The translations under genes and the position numbers were made by a program. The notes below the pieces were generated by a model. The model saw only the letters and a list, made by a program, of their open reading frames with translations. It ran no database searches and was not told the origin of the DNA. A DNA stretch of 64,000 nt from Massalongia carnosa (taxonomy: Eukaryota): assembly GCA_965645245.1 (NCBI GenBank), contig OZ287086.1, positions 1,054,001 through 1,118,000 of the forward strand, given 5' to 3'. Positions 10,543-22,029 of this stretch are shown here, piece after piece (within the stretch, counting starts at the first letter, position 1; each line of letters opens with the position of its first letter).

Positions 10543-13500
10543 TTCCTGATGATAGTCGCCATCAGGAATGTCGAGAAGTTTCATTAAGGGTTGTTAGAGC
10601 ATCTGTTATTTCTGTCGATCATCTCGTTCCGGGCAAGCATCTTTTATTTAGATGTAGTATAGCCTCTAATGAAAATCAGTTGATGATCGATAACGGAAGT
10701 GAAGCTCAATTTCTTCATGAATCCTTTGCGCGCAAAAGAAAACTAGAGACCATTAGACTAAAAAAAAGAGACAGGGTCAGACTGGAACTTGGGGATGGAA
10801 AAGTCCATCAAATCATTGATAAGGCCGTTATCGTTCCCGTCAGAATCGGAGATCATGAGGAAAAGTTATTCTGCTATCTGGCCGACATAGGTAATCATAC
10901 CTTGATCATCGGTGATGGATGGCTGCAGGAGCATAACCCTCACATTGATTGGGTTGAACGCACCATGACGTTCTCCAATCGGTGCGTCAGTAAGGGATGC
11001 GCACCTCGATCTCATTCAGTCTCAAAATTTGAATCCACAATCTTGGAGAAGGAAACGACTGCCTCAGCAAAGAACGAGGCCTTTGAAAATTTCGATATTC
11101 AGTCCCTCACCCCGAAGCGATTTATGAAACTTCTTCGAAGATCGGGTCATCAGACTTACTGTTTCTATCCGAGGGAAAAGCTCAACAAGAAGTTAGATAG
11201 GTACGAGAAGAAGCTTCTGACTGCTTCAAGTATCAACGCAGTCACCAGCGACGATCATGAGAAGTTCATGAAAGACAAAGTCGAATATACTCTGGAAGAA
11301 TTGAAAAAACGAGTACCCGAGGCCTATCATGGCGAGATTGAAGTCTTCATGAGGGCTAAGGCAGACGAGTTGGCACCTCATCGAAAAGAGGATCACGAAA
11401 TCAATTTGATGCCCGGGATCGAGCCCCCGTTCATCAAGAATTATCGGCCCATGTCCGAACAGGAATTGACCGCGGTAAGAAAATATCTAGATGAGCACTT
11501 AGCAAAAGGGTTTATTCGTCCGAGCTCGTCAAAGGCGGCCGCGCCGGTACTATTGGTCAGGAAACCAGGCGGGGGTCTTCGCTTTTGCGTAGATTATCGA
11601 GATCTGAATAATATCACGGAGAAAAGTCGATACCCCATTCCATTGATCAGCGAGACATTGGCGAAACTCGCCAAAGCAAAGTGGTTTACTAAATTGGACG
11701 TCATTCATGCATTCAATAGGATGAGGATTAAAGAGGGACAAGAGTGGCTCACGGCGTTCAATACTCGATACGGTCAATTTGAATATCTTGTGATGCCCTT
11801 CGGACTATGCAACGCTCCATCAACATTTCAGAGCTATATCAATAACTCCCTGCGAGAATACTTAGATTATTTCGTCACCGCCTATCTGGACGACGTACTG
11901 GTGTTCAGTGAAACAGAAACGGAGCACATCGAGCAGGTACTGAAGGTACTTCGTCGTCTGAAAGAAAGAGGACTTCAACTGGACATAGACAAGTGTGAAT
12001 TCTCTGTCTCCGAAGTCAAGTACCTCGGAATGTTCGTAGGGGTGAATGGCGTTAGAATGGACCCAGAAAAGGTGACGGCCATACTAGAATGGAAGACGCC
12101 CGCGTCAGTAAAAGAGGTGCAGTCCTTTCTTGGATTCGCTAACTTCTATCGTCGCTTCATTGAGCGATTCTCCGAAAAGGTGAAGTGTCTGACCGAGCTA
12201 ACCCGCGGAGAGCAATATGTCACGAAAGGCGGAAAGAGACGCACCAAGTATCAATACTTCGTGTGGACCACTGAATGTCAGCAAGCTTTCGAAGACATGA
12301 AGATTTCTTTTACCTCTGCGCCGATTCTTGCTCATTACGACCCAAGGCTAGAGACCTGGGTGGAGACAGACGCATCTGACTTCGTAGTATCGGGGATACT
12401 CTCTCAGATGCATGAAGGCGTTCTGAAACCCGTGGCTTATTTCTCGAAGAAGATGAGCCCCGCCGAATGCAATTATGAGATCTACGATAAAGAACTCCTA
12501 GCCATCGTAGAAAGTTTCGTCATCTGGAGACCGGAGCTAGCGGGGGTGGAGCAATCAACAAAGGTCTACTCAGATCATAAGAATCTGGAGACCTTCATGA
12601 CTTTGAAACAACTAAATCGCCGTCAAGTGCGTTGGGCTGAGATGCTGGCGGAATATAATTTTCGCATTATGTATAGACCAGGCAAGCAAGGGGGCAAACC
12701 GGACGCCCTCACCAGAAGAGAGCAAGATCTGCCGATGGACGCGGAGGATGATCGCACCAGATATCAATATCAGGTGCTGCTAAAAGAAAATCAGCTGGAC
12801 GATGAAGTGAAACAGGACCTGAAGCTGTACGTGACAACCAGATCCATGGCCAATCGAGAACGGGTTGAAGACAACATTACTACTGACTCATCCGATCAAA
12901 TCAGGGATGAGGAAGTAGAGGACTTGACGGTAGAGGAGTTCACAATCAATTCGAATGATGATTCGGATGCAGAAAAGCCTGATGAATTATTAGAAAATCT
13001 TTTAGCGGAGGCATATCAAGAAGACGCAATGATTCAGGAAGTCATGAAGGCTAAGTTGGAAAATCTGAAGAAATTGCCCGATAAAATTCTAAGCAACGGG
13101 CTGAGACTGGCGATGGGTGACTTGGAAGTCCGTCACGAAAGACTATACTACAAAACACGCCTCTTCATTCCGAATTTCGACAAGCTGAAGCTGCGTCTTT
13201 TATCGGATCATCATAATCCCCCGATGCAAGGACACCCCGGGTATCGAGGCATGTATGCCAAAATGCTGGAGAACTATTTCTGGATGTCCATGAAGGATGA
13301 TTGTCGAAGATACGCTACTAACTGCTCTACATGCCGAAGGTCCAAGGCGTACAACGATCAGAAACAGGGACTATTAGCCCCACTACCCATACCTCAAAGA
13401 AAATGGACAGACTTATCTCTGGACTTTGTAGTCAAACTGCCCAAATGTCACAGACGGGGCCGGACGTACGAAAATATCTTGGTTATCGTGGACAGATTGA

Positions 13501-14609
13501 CCAAACGTAGGTTGTACGAACCTATGGTGGATATAGGCACGAAGGACGTACTAGAAGTCCTCAAACGTCGGGTCTTTTCAACATACGGCTTGCCAAACTC
13601 CATCGTCCACGATCGCGGGACGCAATTGACAGCCCATCTGTGGAAGCGAATTTGTCAGCGATTAGGAGTCAAATCGAAACCGTCCTCCGCGCATCATCCA
13701 GAAACAGATGGTCAAACCGAAAATGCGAATAAGATTATGAAGAACTACCTGAGAGCATACGTCAGACATGCTCAAGACGACTGGGTGGACTACTTACCAG
13801 ATGCCGAATTTGCAGTCAATAATCATACGAACGCTTCAACCGGAATGTCCCCCTTCTTCGCTGATCACGGTTATCACCCTCGTAGTGGCTCGGAGCCGCC
13901 TCAGCCTTTTGACTCAAATGTCACCGGACGCGCGGAACTGATGTCGGCAGACAAAATAACCGCCCGACAAGAAGCCATGACCAAATGGCTTATCGAGCAC
14001 CTAACCTGGGCACAGGCAGATCAGATGAGATATGCCAATGAGTCGCGGGCCCCACATCCAGACTACAAGATAGGAGACATGGTATATGTCAACACCAAAG
14101 ATTTCTCCGTCGACAAGCAGAGTCGCTCTCTGAGTTCCAAAAACGCGGGGCCATGGAAAATCATCCGAAACATAGATAACAAGGCCTATGAATTGGAAAT
14201 TCCCGAACACTTGAAAAGAGTGGGGCTCACACCCATATTTCATCCATGGAAACTTCATCTGGCTCCTACGAACCCATTCCCCGGTCAACTTATTGAACCG
14301 GGTCCCCCGATACTGATTCAAGAAGACGCCGAATCCAGCCCTCATGAAGAATATGAAGTCCTCGAAATCGTCGACTGCCGTGAAACTAAGAAATACGGCA
14401 CTCAGTATAAAGCAACCTATATCGGCTCATGGGATGACTGGAACGCAAACCCACCTTGGCAGCCATGGACTGATTTCATTCGCGCCAAAGAAGAAATCAG
14501 AAAATTTCATACAGACAATAAAGGAAAACCCAACGCCCCAAAGGATGTCCTATTCATGAATAACAGTCAACCATCGACGTCCGGAGCCGCCGTCTCAGAG
14601 GAGGGGTAG
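10539..14609 (+). CDS. pol: Pol polyprotein: protease, RT, RNase H, integrase, chromodomain
   Basis: IDNGS protease; YLDD; ETDASD RNase H; HHCC zinc finger and DDE integrase; GPW motif; EYEVLEIVD chromodomain-like C-terminus. Confidence 0.95.
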   Translation: MIPDDSRHQECREVSLRVVRASVISVDHLVPGKHLLFRCSIASNENQLMIDNGSEAQFLHESFARKRKLETIRLKKRDRVRLELGDGKVHQIIDKAVIVPVRIGDHEEKLFCYLADIGNHTLIIGDGWLQEHNPHIDWVERTMTFSNRCVSKGCAPRSHSVSKFESTILEKETTASAKNEAFENFDIQSLTPKRFMKLLRRSGHQTYCFYPREKLNKKLDRYEKKLLTASSINAVTSDDHEKFMKDKVEYTLEELKKRVPEAYHGEIEVFMRAKADELAPHRKEDHEINLMPGIEPPFIKNYRPMSEQELTAVRKYLDEHLAKGFIRPSSSKAAAPVLLVRKPGGGLRFCVDYRDLNNITEKSRYPIPLISETLAKLAKAKWFTKLDVIHAFNRMRIKEGQEWLTAFNTRYGQFEYLVMPFGLCNAPSTFQSYINNSLREYLDYFVTAYLDDVLVFSETETEHIEQVLKVLRRLKERGLQLDIDKCEFSVSEVKYLGMFVGVNGVRMDPEKVTAILEWKTPASVKEVQSFLGFANFYRRFIERFSEKVKCLTELTRGEQYVTKGGKRRTKYQYFVWTTECQQAFEDMKISFTSAPILAHYDPRLETWVETDASDFVVSGILSQMHEGVLKPVAYFSKKMSPAECNYEIYDKELLAIVESFVIWRPELAGVEQSTKVYSDHKNLETFMTLKQLNRRQVRWAEMLAEYNFRIMYRPGKQGGKPDALTRREQDLPMDAEDDRTRYQYQVLLKENQLDDEVKQDLKLYVTTRSMANRERVEDNITTDSSDQIRDEEVEDLTVEEFTINSNDDSDAEKPDELLENLLAEAYQEDAMIQEVMKAKLENLKKLPDKILSNGLRLAMGDLEVRHERLYYKTRLFIPNFDKLKLRLLSDHHNPPMQGHPGYRGMYAKMLENYFWMSMKDDCRRYATNCSTCRRSKAYNDQKQGLLAPLPIPQRKWTDLSLDFVVKLPKCHRRGRTYENILVIVDRLTKRRLYEPMVDIGTKDVLEVLKRRVFSTYGLPNSIVHDRGTQLTAHLWKRICQRLGVKSKPSSAHHPETDGQTENANKIMKNYLRAYVRHAQDDWVDYLPDAEFAVNNHTNASTGMSPFFADHGYHPRSGSEPPQPFDSNVTGRAELMSADKITARQEAMTKWLIEHLTWAQADQMRYANESRAPHPDYKIGDMVYVNTKDFSVDKQSRSLSSKNAGPWKIIRNIDNKAYELEIPEHLKRVGLTPIFHPWKLHLAPTNPFPGQLIEPGPPILIQEDAESSPHEEYEVLEIVDCRETKKYGTQYKATYIGSWDDWNANPPWQPWTDFIRAKEEIRKFHTDNKGKPNAPKDVLFMNNSQPSTSGAAVSEEG

Positions 14610-14782
14610 TGTCAGGGTCCTGAGGTCACCTGACATCAGACTAGCATCGATTAGGTAATGTGCCGAGGAACCGACTTTTCAGGGGTTATATAGAACTCCG
14701 CCCGAGTAAAGCTTTTAGACTTCGTCTGAAGATTTTGGTGTAGAACTAGGCTATTGAAATTGAACTCGTTTTATCCCTCACA
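14610..14782 (+). repeat. 3' LTR of chromovirus
   Basis: Direct repeat of 8732-8904. Confidence 0.95.
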
Positions 14783-14886
14783 TAGCACAATGAATACCTA
14801 TCAGTATAATGAACATATCACCTACGGCTGCCCTAGATGGACAGATTATCTACGGAAACCATAGATGACGCATTAGGCTTACTCCC

Positions 14887-15229
14887 AAGATAAGATAAGA
14901 TCACCTCGCCTAGAAGGGGGTTGTGATGAAGCGAGATAGTGAATAGATTTCTACCATTGCGCCACCTGTCCTTCCCGACCAAAATGCACAATACTTAGTC
15001 CGCAGACCAAGCTCTATTCTACTATAACTGGGACTCCTGCTATGTTCGCTGTAGGTCCTGCCATCCGCACCACGCTTGGTCGAACCGTTACACTACCGCC
15101 CGTCTAGCTGCGGCTAGCCCCTAGCCGCTTCCAGTAATGGTTAGCCCCGAAGAATGGGCTCTTCTTAGCGTACGGCCCTCGCCGATCCGACTTAGAGAGT
15201 TTTCATCCAACGCTTTCCCGTTTCGTCCT
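14887..15229 (-). mobile_element. Possible 3' UTR remnant of a non-LTR retroelement
   Basis: Ends in an (ATCTT)3 tail on the minus strand and abuts the outer breakpoint of the inverted duplication. No coding evidence. Confidence 0.25.
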
Positions 15230-16871
15230 ACACGAGTGCGACCCCACCGATCGGCGGCATATTGAAGAGTCGGAGGATCAACCGGCTGAGCCTCTCCCCA
15301 ATGTATTTTATGAATAAGCTGCAGCATGTTAAAGCGAAGATGCCATAACCCTAATCCCGGTAAAATCCAGTCGAACCGATCGAAAGATTGCTCCTATATC
15401 CCACGACGTAATTCCTTGACAGATTGCATTCTCGACCATGTCTTGAGGTCACCATAGATAAGCCGAATGACGCTCGCAAACGTCGAGTCATCCTCCTTGA
15501 ACTTGAACTGTCGCACAAATATATCCTCCAATATTTGAATATTATTAGATGTTGTGCTCTCATCCTTCATGACTGGTTTGATAGGAATGTAATTGGTCTT
15601 GTATTTTTTCATCTTATTCAGCACGGGTATTGCAGTCGACCAGGGAAAATGAACGTCGCCGATCTCTGGGCCATAAAGCGCTCGAATCGCTGACTCTAGA
15701 TGATGAAGACGAATCTAGGTGCGCGGTGCATTAGCGGTTGAGCGCGGTATATACATCTCGTCCTGTATTGAACTCACCTGCATCTCGAGATCACCAGTCT
15801 CCAGCTTTCGCGCGATTCTTTCAGCTGATAAAAGATGCGTGGCGGGGCGCCACATATCCTGCCTCAAAGCGCCGGCATCGAATCCTTACCACTGAAAAAT
15901 TATAGCGGTAGTGATTGATCTGACGTCTCTATTATCCCCCGTGCACTCTCCTCGTTTACCTTCTGCGAAGTCAAAGTTATCGTATGTCAAGATCATGTTT
16001 GAGCCTTGTCCTAGCATCTGAACCTTTCGTTCGGCCTCCTTAATCAAGGATAACATGCGCCGCTGCAGGGTAGTATATGACATCGTCAGGTCAAAATGAC
16101 AGTGTGTATCTAGAACTCGCCGCCTCGCCCCACCTTGATAAATATAAAGGCCTAAGACGGACTGAATATTAGTCGCCTTATTAGGTCGCAATTTGTGACA
16201 AAGCATTGCCAATATAATGGTGTGCCGGCCGCTGGGAGAATCCAACGTCACATCGAGAGGTTCCTGCGGGCGAGCCTCGCGACAAACACCATCAATTAGC
16301 TCAAGCCATCGTGGCGCCAACTACTTGGCGGCAGATGCAGCAAGTTTAATAGCCTCCAAGGTCCCAAACTCGACTGTCGCAGAGGGCGGCTGGAAAGGGC
16401 CAAAGGCTGCGTGATCTGCCAAACTTTGATTTCTTCACGAAGCGCATCCGCGGCCCAAACCAATCCTCTCTCGCGAAGGATAGTGGATATTCTACCAGGC
16501 CCAATGAGGCTTGAAAAGTCTTCTTGCCGCACAATATCGACATAGACAAAATCGAAGAGCTGGCCTTGCGCCTTTCGCATACTATGACGGGCTCGATTCT
16601 TACAAAGTGTTGATAAAAAATCTTTTACCGACCAATTTAGATAGCTCAGAAATTTAAGCACCTCAACCAGCTTGTCGTAATCTGATATGCGCCGGCGGTG
16701 GCGTTTCGCGCCTCCATTTTTTTCAGGTAAGGCAGGAGGGGAGGAGGAAGAGGGTGAGCTATCATTACTGCCTGACGGCGATGGGTGGGGCCGCTTGAGC
16801 GCACCGGCGGGAGTCAAGGGACTTGTCCGTAGGTCGGTAAGTGGCGAGGAGGGGCCCCGGACAAGAGCCAT
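15230..16871 (-). pseudogene. Duplicated 5' part of Academ-like transposase (lacks the Copia insertion)
   Basis: Same YDNFD, IYGDLKT and WHLRFNML motifs and the same frameshifts as the copy starting at 20260; truncated at 15230. Confidence 0.8.
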
Positions 16872-17429
16872 GGCCTTCGTCAGATAGCTTCAATCTAGAT
16901 AAATCATACAATATCATTGATTGGCCGTCATTATTCATATCATCATGATCTTTGTAACTCAATGTAATCGCGATACATGAAAATAATCAGTTCATCAACC
17001 TCAAAATTGAGCGAAAGCGAGCAATTTATCACTTAATCGACTCTCACATCGCTTTTTATAGCCTGATAGTGGTTATAACACATGATTATCGAGTCATCCA
17101 TCTTGAGAGGTGCGTTTTTGTATAAAATACAGTCTCTGGTAAACTAATACGACGCTAAGCATTGTATTAAATCCATAAAAGGAAAGGTTGCACTGCTAAA
17201 ATTTTTATTACGCGGATCTGGCCGTAATTTGAGTTTTGCGCTCAGACGTGCTATCGTACTGACGTTAGTCAGCAGCAACGCTAACCCGGAGGGGCTTAGC
17301 CGGCTCATAGAGCCACGCATGTCTGGGCAACCGGAAGGCAGTCAAAGTAAATTGATTACTAAGCAATTAACAATAATAAACAAAGGCATGTCTGTTCAAG
17401 TACTGAACAACACAACGGTTTCACCAAAT

Positions 17430-18179
17430 ATGGCTCGACGTGTATCGGATCTTGAACGCAAGTTACGCGACGCAGAGCAACGAGCCCAGGAGGCGGAAGA
17501 GGAGAAGCAGAAGGCGGAAGAGGACAAGCAGAAGGCGGAAGAGGACAAGCAGAAGGCGGAAGAGGACAAGCAGAAGGCGGAAGAGGACAAGCAGAAGGCG
17601 GAAGAGGACAAGCAGAAGGCGGAAGAGGACAAGCAGAAGGCGGAAGAGGACAGGCAGAAGGCGGAAGAGGACAGGCAGAAGGCGGAAGAGGACAAGCAGA
17701 AGGCGGAAGAGGACAGGCAGAAGGCGGAAGAGGACAGGCAGAAGGCGGAAGAGGACAGGCAGAAGGCGGAAGAGGACAGGCAGAAGGCGGAAGAGGACAG
17801 GCAGAAGGCGGAAGAGGACAGGCAGAAGGCGGAAGAGGACAGGCAGAAGGCGGAAGAGGACAGGCAGAAGGCGGAAGAGGAAACCCAAGAAGAGCGGCAG
17901 CGCAAGCAGAAAAAAACCTTTGAAGAATTTCTACAGGCTTGCCACGAACATCTTCATAAACCATTACGCGTCGAGACCGATAAAAGTTTGACGACTAAAG
18001 GCCTTACCAATCCTGCGAAGAAATACTTCCCGAAAACGTTGAGTCCGTGGAATGGGTTTTCTGAAAAACAGGAAGAGATATTTTCGAGAGTCTCTAAAAT
18101 CTTTCATCCGTCAAAGCAATCTTTCCTACGACTCTTGAGCCCAGTCCTTAGCATCGAAGATTTTCCCGAAAACCCATGA
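17430..18179 (+). pseudogene. Truncated Spok-like protein, short copy (18 heptad repeats)
   Basis: [12 protein letters not shown]..(AEEDKQK-type)x18..[26 protein letters not shown]; cut at the fold-back junction. Alternative ATG at 17388. Confidence 0.7.
17493..17870 (+). repeat. 21-bp coding tandem repeat, 18 units (gcggaagaggaca[a/g]gcagaag)
   Basis: Counted from the sequence and translation. Confidence 0.95.
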
Positions 18180-19701
18180 GATTGCCGATAGAGAGCTTGT
18201 GGGGCGGTTTGTACTCAGCAACGAATAGTAACTCACGTATGCCCCCTACATTCTTATAAATAAAGTACTGGTCGGCACGACTTCGTACCGCCTCGGAATA
18301 GGAGCCAGAGTCAGGCTGAGATAGATTAGGTGGGGTTCGTGGTGGTTGTATCTGCAGGCGCTCTTGAACCTCGTATGCCACATCGCTGAGGGAGTTGGGG
18401 TCGTTCTCAAAAACAATCCCTTGTCCTAGCTTGAACTTTTCTGGATCTTGTTCGTTAATTAGATTTGGATCATGCTTCATCTCACATAGACGATTGATGG
18501 TGTCTGTCACTCGAACCTCTACCGCATTCTTTTCATAGTTTCGGAGACTTGCTTCGTTGGCGAGTCTTACATTGCAGTGGAGTCGACCTTGATCTTCGAT
18601 GCTAAGGACTGGGCTCAAGAGTCGTAGGAAAGATTGCTTTGACGGATGAAAGATTTTAGAGACTCTCGAAAATATCTCTTCCTGTTTTTCAGAAAACCCA
18701 TTCCACGGACTCAACGTTTTCGGGAAGTATTTCTTCGCAGGATTGGTAAGGCCTTTAGTCGTCAAACTTTTATCGGTCTCGACGCGTAATGGTTTATGAA
18801 GATGTTCGTGGCAAGCCTGTAGAAATTCTTCAAAGGTTTTTTTCTGCTTGCGCTGCCGCTCTTCTTGGGTTTCCTCTTCCGCCTTCTGCCTGTCCTCTTC
18901 CGCCTTCTGCCTGTCCTCTTCCGCCTTCTGCCTGTCCTCTTCCGCCTTCTGCCTGTCCTCTTCCGCCTTCTGCCTGTCCTCTTCCGCCTTCTGCCTGTCC
19001 TCTTCCGCCTTCTGCCTGTCCTCTTCCGCCTTCTGCTTGTCCTCTTCCGCCTTCTGCTTGTCCTCTTCCGCCTTCTGCTTGTCCTCTTCCGCCTTCTGCT
19101 TGTCCTCTTCCGCCTTCTGCTTGTCCTCTTCCGCCTTCTGCTTCTCCTCTTCCGCCTTCTGCTTGTCCTCTTCCGCCTTCTGCTTGTCCTCTTCCGCCTT
19201 CTGCTTGTCCTCTTCCGCCTTCTGCCTGTCCTCTTCCGCCTTCTGCCTGTCCTCTTCCGCCTTCTGCTTGTCCTCTTCCGCCTTCTGCTTGTCCTCTTCC
19301 GCCTTCTGCCTGTCCTCTTCCGCCTTCTGCCTGTCCTCTTCCGCCTTCTGCTTGTCCTCTTCCGCCTTCTGCTTCTCCTCTTCCGCCTTCTGCTTGTCCT
19401 CTTCCGCCTTCTGCCTGTCCTCTTCCGCCTTCTGCTTGTCCTCTTCCGCCTTCTGCCTGTCCTCTTCCGCCTTCTGCCTGTCCTCTTCCGCCTTCTGCTT
19501 GTCCTCTTCCGCCTTCTGCTTGTCCTCTTCCGCCTTCTGCTTGTCCTCTTCCGCCTTCTGCTTGTCCTCTTCCGCCTTCTGCTTGTCCTCTTCCGCCTTC
19601 TGCTTGTCCTCTTCCGCCTTCTGCTTCTCCTCTTCCGCCTCCTGGGCTCGTTGCTCTGCGTCGCGTAACTTGCGTTCAAGATCCGATACACGTCGAGCCA
19701 T
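18148..19701 (-). pseudogene. Truncated Spok-like protein, long copy (36 heptad repeats, PD-(D/E)xK region, no kinase domain)
   Basis: Coiled-coil repeat, then [39 protein letters not shown]...EYKPPHKL. Motif order matches Podospora Spok proteins as I recall them. The ORF runs into the opposite arm and stops. Confidence 0.75.
18883..19638 (-). repeat. 21-bp coding tandem repeat, 36 units
   Basis: The arm offset of 378 bp equals 18 extra units relative to the left copy. Confidence 0.95.
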
Positions 19702-22029
19702 ATTTGGTGAAACCGTTGTGTTGTTCAGTACTTGAACAGACATGCCTTTGTTTATTATTGTTAATTGCTTAGTAATCAATTTACTTTGACTGCCTTCCGG
19801 TTGCCCAGACATGCGTGGCTCTATGAGCCGGCTAAGCCCCTCCGGGTTAGCGTTGCTGCTGACTAACGTCAGTACGATAGCACGTCTGAGCGCAAAACTC
19901 AAATTACGGCCAGATCCGCGTAATAAAAATTTTAGCAGTGCAACCTTTCCTTTTATGGATTTAATACAATGCTTAGCGTCGTATTAGTTTACCAGAGACT
20001 GTATTTTATACAAAAACGCACCTCTCAAGATGGATGACTCGATAATCATGTGTTATAACCACTATCAGGCTATAAAAAGCGATGTGAGAGTCGATTAAGT
20101 GATAAATTGCTCGCTTTCGCTCAATTTTGAGGTTGATGAACTGATTATTTTCATGTATCGCGATTACATTGAGTTACAAAGATCATGATGATATGAATAA
20201 TGACGGCCAATCAATGATATTGTATGATTTATCTAGATTGAAGCTATCTGACGAAGGCCATGGCTCTTGTCCGGGGCCCCTCCTCGCCACTTACCGACCT
20301 ACGGACAAGTCCCTTGACTCCCGCCGGTGCGCTCAAGCGGCCCCACCCATCGCCGTCAGGCAGTAATGATAGCTCACCCTCTTCCTCCTCCCCTCCTGCC
20401 TTACCTGAAAAAAATGGAGGCGCGAAACGCCACCGCCGGCGCATATCAGATTACGACAAGCTGGTTGAGGTGCTTAAATTTCTGAGCTATCTAAATTGGT
20501 CGGTAAAAGATTTTTTATCAACACTTTGTAAGAATCGAGCCCGTCATAGTATGCGAAAGGCGCAAGGCCAGCTCTTCGATTTTGTCTATGTCGATATTGT
20601 GCGGCAAGAAGACTTTTCAAGCCTCATTGGGCCTGGTAGAATATCCACTATCCTTCGCGAGAGAGGATTGGTTTGGGCCGCGGATGCGCTTCGTGAAGAA
20701 ATCAAAGTTTGGCAGATCACGCAGCCTTTGGCCCTTTCCAGCCGCCCTCTGCGACAGTCGAGTTTGGGACCTTGGAGGCTATTAAACTTGCTGCATCTGC
20801 CGCCAAGTAGTTGGCGCCACGATGGCTTGAGCTAATTGATGGTGTTTGTCGCGAGGCTCGCCCGCAGGAACCTCTCGATGTGACGTTGGATTCTCCCAGC
20901 GGCCGGCACACCATTATATTGGCAATGCTTTGTCACAAATTGCGACCTAATAAGGCGACTAATATTCAGTCCGTCTTAGGCCTTTATATTTATCAAGGTG
21001 GGGCGAGGCGGCGAGTTCTAGATACACACTGTCATTTTGACCTGACGATGTCATATACTACCCTGCAGCGGCGCATGTTATCCTTGATTAAGGAGGCCGA
21101 ACGAAAGGTTCAGATGCTAGGACAAGGCTCAAACATGATCTTGACATACGATAACTTTGACTTCGCAGAAGGTAAACGAGGAGAGTGCACGGGGGATAAT
21201 AGAGACGTCAGATCAATCACTACCGCTATAATTTTTCAGTGGTAAGGATTCGATGCCGGCGCTTTGAGGCAGGATATGTGGCGCCCCGCCACGCATCTTT
21301 TATCAGCTGAAAGAATCGCGCGAAAGCTGGAGACTGGTGATCTCGAGATGCAGGTGAGTTCAATACAGGACGAGATGTATATACCGCGCTCAACCGCTAA
21401 TGCACCGCGCACCTAGATTCGTCTTCATCATCTAGAGTCAGCGATTCGAGCGCTTTATGGCCCAGAGATCGGCGACGTTCATTTTCCCTGGTCGACTGCA
21501 ATGCCCGTGCTGAATAAGATGAAAAAATACAAGACCAATTACATTCCTATCAAACCAGTCATGAAGGATGAGAGCACAACATCTAATAATATTCAAATAT
21601 TGGAGGATATTGTTGGATACCAACCTATGGCGCTAGACATTATTATGGTCACGTGTAACAGTAGACCTATTCCGGTATGCGGCACGCATCCTGGACTAGG
21701 AGGATTTCAGACCTTAGAAGTAGAGTCATAGAATCATTAATATAACAACAATGAATAACCTCATACTTCTACAGGTTATGAGCCCGGCCAGCGCATAAGC
21801 TCATTAATCTTCGCTAGCGACAGGCCACAAATACCCCACACCCCCCAGAGCAAAGCACCTAGAACGAAGAACTTCCTACCCGAAAAGGAGGAATGGTGTG
21901 AGGCGGGAGGGTTAAGACCACTTGGCTACCAAAAGGAGCCAATTCTGAAATGGCGGTGTGGAATCAAGCCAATGCGCCTGACCACCTACCACAATAGATA
22001 GGAAGAGTGCTACGCCCACGTACTGAAAG

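Larger units (their letters stand above)
8732..14782 (+). mobile_element. Intact Ty3/Gypsy chromovirus
   Basis: 173-bp TG...CA LTRs (8732-8904, 14610-14782), identical by eye; 5-bp TSD TAGCA (8727-8731, 14783-14787); PPT gaggaggggtag; uninterrupted gag and pol. Confidence 0.97.
15230..18161. repeat. Left arm of large inverted duplication
   Basis: Reverse complement of 18592-21610 joined to 27427-27717. Mirror ORFs in the track (e.g. 16296-16871 vs 20260-20835). Confidence 0.97.

Noticed and set aside
17229..17387. N-terminal extension MSFALRR... of the Spok-like ORFs
   Set aside because: Starts at TTG inside the transposon TIR; chance open frame.
17493..19638. CRISPR-like array
   Set aside because: Head-to-tail repeats without unique spacers, eukaryotic context, no cas genes.
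17359..19772. Long ORFs of [21 protein letters not shown] and RRRKRT repeats
   Set aside because: Alternative-frame and antisense readings of the stop-free 21-bp array; only the AEEDKQK frame continues into a recognisable domain.
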